Below are positions 55,559-64,000 of a stretch of DNA of 64,000 nt, piece after piece. The DNA comes from Octopus vulgaris (taxonomy: Eukaryota). The notes under the pieces were generated by a model. The model did not search any database, was not told where the DNA came from, and worked only from the letters and a program-made list of their open reading frames with translations. A program made the position numbers and the translations under genes. Location: the NCBI GenBank assembly GCA_951406725.2, contig OX597816.1, positions 156,736,001 to 156,800,000 of the forward strand, given 5' to 3'. Each line of letters opens with the position of its first letter. Position 1 is the first letter of the stretch.

Positions 55559-55634
55559 AACAACAACAACAACAACTACAATAATAATAATGATAATGAT
55601 AATGATAATAATGATAATGATGATGATGATGATG

Positions 55635-55679
<45 letters not shown>

Positions 55680-55837
55680 TATATATGTATGTATGTATGT
55701 ATGCATGAATATACATATAGTAAGATAAGATATATAATATCCAAGCAGATACCAAATTTCTCTATGTAAGATGTCAAAGCATGTTTCTTCAGATAGTACG
55801 TTTAATAGTAAACTCCCATCCGATGTTACAGATATAT

Positions 55838-55873
<36 letters not shown>

Positions 55874-55892
55874 CATATACATATACACATAC

Positions 55893-55924
<32 letters not shown>

Positions 55925-55989
55925 TTGTGTATGTATGTCTATATGCATACATGTATGTAGAATGGTGAAACGTAGCACACTAATTGATA

Positions 55990-56868
55990 TGTACCAGAAA
56001 AATAAGATAAGATAGAAAATGCTAAAATGAACATTTTAGTACCGGTTTTAGACTTTTAGACTTTTCCAATTTGGAACAAAGCAAAAAATAAACAATCAAA
56101 TAGTGAAAAAATTTTAATGAAATCGTTTTTTAAAAATATATTCGCCGAGGAAGTAGTCGGTGAAGAAGAAGAAGAAGAAGAAGAAGAAGAAGAAGAAGAA
56201 AAAGAAGAAGAAGAAGAAGAAGAAGAAGAAGAAGAAGAAGAAGAAGAAGAAGAACAAGAAGAAGAAGAACAAGAAGAAGAACAAGAAGAAGAACAAGAAG
56301 AACAAGAAGAAGAAGAAGAAGAAGACGGGCGTAGTATTATACTAGTAGACTGTTCGTGGGATCTTCTTTAATGGTCAGTGATCTAAAAGTGACCCCTTGT
56401 GGTTGTAGCAGTAGTGAGTGGAATTCTTCTGAATAAATTCAAAAGTAGTCACTTTTCTGAATATATAGTTTTCAATATTTGCGTGGGTTTCAAGGCGACA
56501 TGCAGGCAGAAACGTTAGCACACCGAGTACAATGCTTAGCGGTATTTCCTCTGTTTTTATGTTATAAGTTCAAATTCTGGCGAGGTCGACTTTGCTTTTC
56601 GGGATCGATGAATTAAGTACTGGTTGCGTACTGGGGTCGATCTAATTGACTGACGCCCACCCCAAAAATTTCGGGCCTTTTGCCTAGAGTAGAAAAGAAC
56701 ATTTGCGTCGGTTTTATTCAAAGATCCTTGTAGTAATGTCATCTGTAGTGGAAGCATTCAAAATGTGGTTTATAGTTTGCGATAAAATATGATTCTTTGC
56801 TTATGCGCTGAATATAGGTTGCATTGCTTCTGAATTTATAGCGGGGGATGTGGAATTCTGAAGTTCGG
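55990..56868 (-). mobile_element. Decayed 3' end of a PLE related to the 17.6-kb element
   Basis: Minus strand PNFRI/ /YKFRSNATYIQRISKESYFIANYKPH (cf. PNFRIFPLYQFRDDTTSRQRISKENLFITKYKPL), (TTC)n UTR tract, eroded HHR and terminus CCGGTACTAAAATGTTCA...TTTTAGCATTTTCTAT as at 21903-21947. Confidence 0.8.
56491..56697 (+). mobile_element. SINE family A variant inserted in the PLE remnant
   Basis: GGCAGAAACGTTAGCAC...GAGGTCGACTTTGC; imperfect TSD AATATTTGCGTGGGTTT / AACATTTGCGTCGGTTT. Confidence 0.8.
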
Positions 56869-57220
56869 TTGAAGATTGCAGTGATGAGAAAAGTTTATTA
56901 GACAGGATGCATTCTAAGACTGAAATGTTGGTATACACAACATATGAATCGCATAATCGATTCACTGTGGGAGAAAATTGCCTTGAATATTAGGGCGGAA
57001 GAGTTTAAATAGGAGATTTAAAAAATAGGCTGGCTGCTAGTAGGAGATTTTCAGCTTGATAGCTAGTTTGAACCAAATCATTGTTCTCTATACCTTCTAT
57101 TTTGAAATACTTCAGGAAAAAGCTGTTTATCATTGAATATTTATGCACTGTGACTAAAGAAATTTAATGAAATGTGTTCATCTAGGATTGTGATTATATT
57201 TCGTTATGGTTGATGTCCGA

Positions 57221-57276
<56 letters not shown>

Positions 57277-57349
57277 AGAGAGAGAGAGAGAGATTGAGAG
57301 AGAGAGAGAAGTACAGAAAATGAAGTATTCTCAGACTATATATATATAT

Positions 57350-57770
57350 CTTTCTCTCTCTTTTTTCTTTTTCTACTTGTTTCAGTCATTTTTGACTGCT
57401 GCCATGCTGGTGCACCGCCTTTAATCGAGCAACTCGACTCCGGGACTTATTCTTTGTAAGCCCAGTATTTATTCTAACGGCCTCTTTTGCCGAACCGCTA
57501 AGTAACGGGGACATAAACATACCAGCATCGGTTGTCAAGCAATGCTAGCGGGACAAACACAGACACACAAACATACACGCACATACATATATATATACAT
57601 ATATACGACGGGCTTCTTTCAGTTTCCGTCTACCAAAATCCACTCACAAGGCTTTGGTCGGCCCGAGGCTATAGTAAAAGACACTTGCCCAAGGTGCCAC
57701 GCAGTGGGACTGAACCCGGAACCATATGGTTGGTAAACAAGCTACTTACCACACAGCCACTCCTGCGCCT
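57350..57770 (-). mobile_element. SINE family B, full length
   Basis: Reverse complement of 42351-42760. Confidence 0.88.
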
Positions 57771-58149
57771 ATAAAAACGAAAATGTAGAATCTACCTCCG
57801 AATTACCTATATAATCTGAGAATACTACATTTTCTGTAGTTTATCTTCATATATAGGAAGGCGAGTGTTGATTCATATTACTGTTGATAATTTTCTGGTA
57901 TATAAGGAGGATTCGTATCTTAAAATTTAAATTTTAACATTTAAGATGTTTTAAATTTTAATTTTGATACTCTTAAAAATGTAGCTTAATCTTATACATA
58001 GACCATGCTCTGATATCCTTTGTTGAAAATAATTTAGAAACTCATTTGTGATCCTCTCATTGTGAGTTTAGATAGTGCGGATTTCGACTCAGTCTTGTAA
58101 ACTACTGGTGTAAAAAGAAATGCCACGTAGTTGTGCCCAGCATTCGTTG

Positions 58150-58460
58150 CCTGGTGAGAAATTGCGAGCCACGTGATTCCGGGTTCCATTCCCATTGCAT
58201 GGCATTTAGGATAATATGTGTGTGTGAGTGTGTCTGTGTGTGTGAGAGTGTATGTCTGTTTGTGTTTGCGTTGGTCCCCCACCACCGCTTGACAACCAGC
58301 ATTGGTTTCTTTAAGTCCCGTAACCTAGCTGCTCAGCAAAAGGGTGCGATAGAATAAGTACCTGGCTTTAAAAAAAAAACTACTGGGGTTCGAATCATTC
58401 GATCCTTCAAGGCGTTTCCCCCAGCATGGCAGCACTGATATGATGGAAATAAGTCAAAAT
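58150..58460 (+). mobile_element. SINE family B (decayed)
   Basis: CCGCTTGACAACCAGC...CCCGTAACCTAGC...GATAGAATAAGTAC. Confidence 0.6.
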
Positions 58461-59904
58461 GTCAAACAGATACTGCGCAGCAATTTCCTCAACTGGTTGC
58501 TCTTCCAGTTTATGTGGCTTTGTGATCAGGTTAATACGTATTGCATTATTTATTATTTGTAAGATTTGATAGTATTCCTAGATTAGGAATAAATCCATTG
58601 AAACTTCTACCTGCTTGATGTCGGCCTTGTTTCAGATTTAGAGATCATGACAGAACGAAATCCCAACATTCCACATCAATAAATGCATTGCGTTTAGTCG
58701 AAGTGATTGATAAAGGAAGATGGTGGAAAAGTTAACATTTAATCTGACGTATTCGACCTTTGTTTAAAGAAAATTTTTTTTACATACATATTTACCCCTT
58801 AAAAGAATGTAATGTATTGTTTCTGTCAAAATATTAGATAAATTAGTCTTCTTATGAATTAAAATTAGTTTTAGGATACAGTGTTCGTTACAGCCAAAAG
58901 TATTTCTATAATACTGTTTTGTTTTCTGTGTTAAATTTTTTCCTCATCAATAATATCGTTGTATAACATGTATTAAACAAGAGATTATCAATAGCTGTAT
59001 AAATTAATATAACCAATAGAAAATTTCATACAATAGTCCAGTACACAGAAACACACTGAGACACACACAGAGCCACACACGCAGACAAACACGTACAGAC
59101 ACACACACACATACATACACACACAAACGCACGCACACACACATACATATATAAATATATCCTTGGCAGGACCAATAAAATAGTATGTGAGCATGCGAAT
59201 AATTTCGCACACAGAAACAAAATACATATTCAATGTGTGTGTGTGTGTGTGTGCAATGTAGAGATGTATTGCCAAAAACGATTAAAGATTCAGGATAACT
59301 TGCGGCCTTTGTTCTGATACTGTCCCTGCTTAGTTCGAATACAGCCGAAGTTTTTAACGTCGTCATTTACATTACCTCAATCTTTATATCTTACACAGAG
59401 ATAGTTTTTTATGTTTTCACATAAACTTTTGAAGTCTAACCTGTGTGCTTTTGGAGCAATGAATAATTGAAGGAGTTTGCGTATCTCTACTTTAGTCATA
59501 TATCAGCGACTTTCTTCCTTTTCTTTACTGTTTCCGCTCTTTTCTTAATGGCTACTTAGTATTGTAATCTTCATAAACGAAATAAAAGAAATTACATTTC
59601 GAGCTTTTGTTACAGGCGAATTCTGTTAAGCTAACTTTAAACAATCTCTTGTAGTTAACGTTCAAGCAGTATGGATTGTCTTTGCCTTTTAATCATCTTC
59701 ATTCTCTTCCTTCAGTAAGAAGATACTAAATTAGTTTTCAGTAAGATGACAACATATGAAAGAGTTTCCTGTATTGTCCTCAATGATCAATCGAAATTTT
59801 CATTTGTAAAATTCAAAACATTTTATATAACAAAGAAACGACTTCATAAATAAAGTGAATATTTAAATTAAGTAATTTTTATTGAAATAGGTGACTCCAT
59901 TAAG

Positions 59905-60108
59905 ATTGTTGCTAAAGTTTGTTTCAAATTTTGCTACAAGGCCTGCAGTTTCGATGGAAGAGGCACGTCGATTACATATCAACCTCTTGACATGATGTAA
60001 GGCAAAGTTGACCTCGGCGGGATATGAACTCAAGAAAGTAAAGACGGACGAAATACCGCTAAGCATCATGCCCGGCGCGATAACAATTCTACCTTCTAAT
60101 CGCCTTAA
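59905..60108 (-). mobile_element. SINE family A variant
   Basis: AAGGCAAAGTTGACCTCGGCGG...GAACTCA...GACGAAATACCGCTAAGCAT. Confidence 0.7.
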
Positions 60109-60177
60109 CTGTTTACGAATATTGAATGCTGGTTACTTGATGAAACAAATATTTTGCATGAATATACACTCATTGAT

Positions 60178-60238
<61 letters not shown>

Positions 60239-60263
60239 TTAGATAGATATGCAGACAGACATC

Positions 60264-60345
<82 letters not shown>

Positions 60346-62592
60346 TGTTTCTTTATTAGCCACACAGGGCTGCACACAGATAGAACAAATTACAAGGTAG
60401 AGCTTTTCTTTTGAAGGTTAAAAAAAAAAAAGGAAGGGGGAGTTTCGATCAAAAGGGATCGTAAAAGGAGAGAAAGAGGACAAAAAAAGGGGGAGAGGAA
60501 AAAAAATTGATCAATAGGGATCGTTATCACAGAAATGTCAATATGAAGTGTAAAGGGGAGGACAGGTGAGGTTTACCCGTGGAAAGAAAAGCCTACGGAA
60601 AAGACCACGGTAACCTCGGTCAATGAAGTCACATGTTATAATTCTTTTTTTTTTTTTTGCAAATAAGCAACTCTCTGTTTTCAATTTCTGGGTTCATAGG
60701 ATTCGTCATTCATACGTGTCATTCTTGCTACATTCACCCATCTTTTTTTAAAACATTCGCTAGACAAAACTTGCCTCTCTACTCTCACTTTCCTTTTCAA
60801 GTGGTACTTGAAGAAGTTGATGAGAGATTGACCAGACTGCAGTTCGGTCATGGAGACGAGCTGCGGGAAAGCGTGCCTCACAAACGGCGACCACACCTGT
60901 TCACCGCCGTCTACATAGAGCCAGAGATATCGCAGTCTCAGCGCGTGTCTGCGCATCATCAACCACGGCATGCCCAGCCCTCCATTTAACGGGTGTTGAC
61001 AGCAAATGGATCGCCTGACCATCGGGACGCATCCTCTCCACAAGAAGCGAAAGAGAATACGTTGTCCATAGGTCCCGGGCCGAAAGTCGTTTGAAACAGG
61101 CGGGTCAGGTATTCCTCGTCGACGCCCAGGTTTGCCCCGAGCTCGTCGTCGTACCTCCCCTCCACTAATCCCCTATAGAATGCTTTGGTTGTGTTGAAGT
61201 CACTCAAGGTCGACCCGGGACGGCAGAGTTGCTTGAGAGCAACGCGACACTCGCGGTGCTATTCGCCCTTCCTCGGCCTCTTTTTGATCCACGACTGTAG
61301 TTCGGTCATGGAGACGAGTTGCGGGTGTTGACAGCAAATGGATCGCCTGACCATCGGGACGCATCCTTTCCACAAGAAGCGGAAGAGGATGCGTTCTAGT
61401 TTGGTGATGGTAGGGTCGGGACAAGGTACGACGGTCAGGCGGTAGTAGATGATGGACGCGATGTACGCGTTCACCACCTCCGCCCGACCTTTTAGGGACA
61501 GTTTCCTCTCGGCCCATTGCTGGGCGAGAGTGACCACCCTACTCGTTATCTCGTTCCAGTTCTTCTCCATTTGGAGGTCCGGACCGAACCAGACCCCGAG
61601 CAACTCAACCGGGCCGTCTGTCCAGCGTCCCACGACGGAGGTACTGGTGGACGGCATGGGCTTGCTTCTCCAGGTGCCGAGCCGCAAGCCCACTGACTTT
61701 TCCCGGTTGATTTTTGCTCCTGTCACCGCTTCGTAGTCTTTCAGTGTCTCGCCGACCCGCTCGATGTGCTCGTGGCTTGACACTATGACGGTGACGTCGT
61801 CCGCGTATGCAGACACGCTCGTCCCGCATCCCAATTCTCGCGGGATGCCCCTTAGAGTCGCCAGCTTCCGCAGTAGTGGCTCAAGAGTCAATACGTATAG
61901 AAGCGCCGAGAGGGGGCATCCCTGACGGACCGAACGTGCAATGTCGAAAGGTCTCGATAGATGTCCATTTACGCGAATTACCGAACGGATGCCTCTGTAC
62001 AAGGCAGCTATCCAGCCGCGGAAGACGGGACCGAAACCAGCCGCTCTCAGGACTGCCTCCAAGTATCGATGGTCTACCCTATCAAAGGCTTTCGATTGAT
62101 CCAAGGTGATCAGGGCCCCACCCATGCCAGGTTCGTTAACTACCCTGTCTATGATGTAGCGCATCAGATGGAGGTTGTCATGGATGCTCCGGCCCGGCAC
62201 GGCACACGTTTGTGCGTTGTCGACCAGTTTCTCGATGACAAGCGCCAACCTCTTGGCTAACACCTTTGTCAAAATTTTCAGGTCTGCATTGAGCAGCGTG
62301 ATTGGTCTAAAGTTATCTATAATGTTTCCCTTGTTTGGATCTTTCTTCAGCAGAGTTACAGCTCCTCGACTCACAAAACCGGGTATGCTCCCGTTTTGCT
62401 GCCAGTTGCAGTATACCGCTGCCAAGACGTCTCCAAACAAGTCTGGCATACAATTGTAAAACTCGTAGGGTAGACCATCCAAACCCGGTGATTCGTCCCT
62501 CGAGCATTCTGCTATCGCTTCCTGCACTTCCGCCGCCGTGATGGCACCTTCGCAGCACCCTGCCTTTCTTGTCGAGAGTCGTGGCAGGCTAT
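60346..62592 (-). mobile_element. 5'-truncated Tx1/L1-clade LINE embedded in (GATA)n/(GACA)n
   Basis: GC-rich island; RT coding region, 3' UTR and AATAAAGAAACA end; tetranucleotide arrays at 60178-60345 and 62593-62747. Confidence 0.88.
61259..62592 (-). pseudogene. L1/Tx1-type reverse transcriptase domain (truncated ORF2)
   Basis: SPGLDGLPYEFY, FRPITLLNADLKIL, LDQSKAFDRVDH, VRQGCPLS, AYADD, GAKINREKS, LSLKGR; the ORF-track N-terminus (62593-62896) is microsatellite read-through. Confidence 0.9.
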
Positions 62593-62632
62593 GTAGACAG
62601 GCAGACAGGGAGGCAAACAGACATACATACAT

Positions 62633-62747
<115 letters not shown>

Positions 62748-62804
62748 CATCGTATGTGTGTGTTTGTGCGTGTGTGTGTTTTCGTATGTACCAATGTAAT
62801 ATTA

Positions 62805-62990
62805 GTTTCAAATTTTGACACAAGGCCATCCATTATGGGGGAGTAAGTGAGGTGATTACATCGACTCAAATGCTGAAATGGTACTTGTTTTATCAACCCC
62901 GAAAGGCAAATTCAACCTCGGCGGAACGAAATGACAGATGAAATACAACTGATTCTTTTTGCCTGGCGTGTTTATTATTGTGCCAATTCT
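62805..62990 (-). mobile_element. SINE family A variant (decayed)
   Basis: GGTACTTGTTTTATCAACCCCGAAAGGCAAATTCAACCTCGGCGGAA. Confidence 0.6.
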
Positions 62991-64000
62991 CAGCCATATG
63001 TGTCAAAGTAATATTGACAGGATCGCTCTACACTGAGCTACATATGCCTGGCGCTGTTCGGCGACAAACGAAGAAAAAATAACTGTTTTCGAACGACTCC
63101 AATGCGCGGAAGGACTCCGACACTCTACTTGGAAATCCGTAATCGGTTACCTGATATAAGAGCCTGCAGCTCGGACAACATGTTTTATACAACTGCAACT
63201 CTACAAGAGTTACATCCTCACATTACTAATGGTGTCTTTTAATTTGCAGGTATATGCGTGATTAACTGGAAGATTTTATGAAATAACCTTTGAACAATCC
63301 CATTATAAAGCTGACAAATGTATATTTGAACTCTAAGACAGATCTCTTCTCATTCCAAAATCTCTGACACGATTTTACAGGTTAAATAGAGATGCCGTGG
63401 AGAATAATTAAATAATTACGCCTATAGTTCACACTCACACCTTTGTTATATCTTATGCTATGTTTAATTCGGGCTGTGAAATGACATTACGTTTGCACGC
63501 GTCTCTGAGGGTAATTACCGATACGATAGTACAGTCAATCGAACTACTGCATGCTCGCACTCGAAAGCGACGGAGGATTTATTAACCTTGGCCGTACAAC
63601 TGCAAAGTTAGAACTCTCTTTGGGGGTATTGTACAGTTATTGTAAGCAAAAATGTCAGTCGGTTACACTCCACTCATACGTAATAAAGCAGACCTATTAT
63701 GGTGAACACCATGTCATTTTAATTTATATTGGTAAACAATATCCTTTTGTTCATGCTGAGTCTAAGATTGAAAGGTGTGGTTTTAGCGATATTTGCTGCT
63801 ATTTCTAACAGAGTGATTAAACTCATAGAGACTCTTTTGTTATCACTAGTAATAAATGTCATTAGTTTTTGGTCCTGCATCATACAATTAAGACCAGTGC
63901 AGAGTAAGTCGCTTTTAATATCCGTTCGTCTGAATTATGGGATATGAATAACAAAAGCGTGAACAGTCGCCACCAATCAGTTATGTCTTTATATTGTACA

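Overview
AT-rich, microsatellite-dense eukaryotic (metazoan) DNA with no recognisable host exon; the tRNA-derived SINE families and repeat landscape look like an octopus/cephalopod genome (inference). Main contents: (1) an apparently intact Penelope-like retroelement (PLE, Neptune-type RT + GIY-YIG) at 17.6-22.0 kb. Its RT ORF lies in the -1 frame of an upstream coiled-coil ORF, the overlap carries a U-UUU-UUA slippery heptamer, and the 3' UTR ends in a hammerhead ribozyme (HHR). (2) At least eight further minimal type-I HHR motifs, mostly in short (TA)n-flanked, often fold-back PLE-derived mini-elements. Across copies the tertiary 3:8 core pair covaries (C-G, U-A and G-C) and stem III is palindromic. 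(3) A 5'-truncated, internally rearranged Tx1/L1-clade LINE in (GATA)n whose 3' tail is shared with a MetaSINE-like family. (4) R4/Dong-like LINE remnants and a ~555-bp non-coding element repeatedly found in (AAT)n tracts. (5) A decayed Tc1 element, a mariner fragment, a non-autonomous Helitron and many SINEs. (6) A 3.5-kb near-perfect duplication across a 100-N gap, probably an assembly artefact. All structures were read by eye; no database search or folding program was run.
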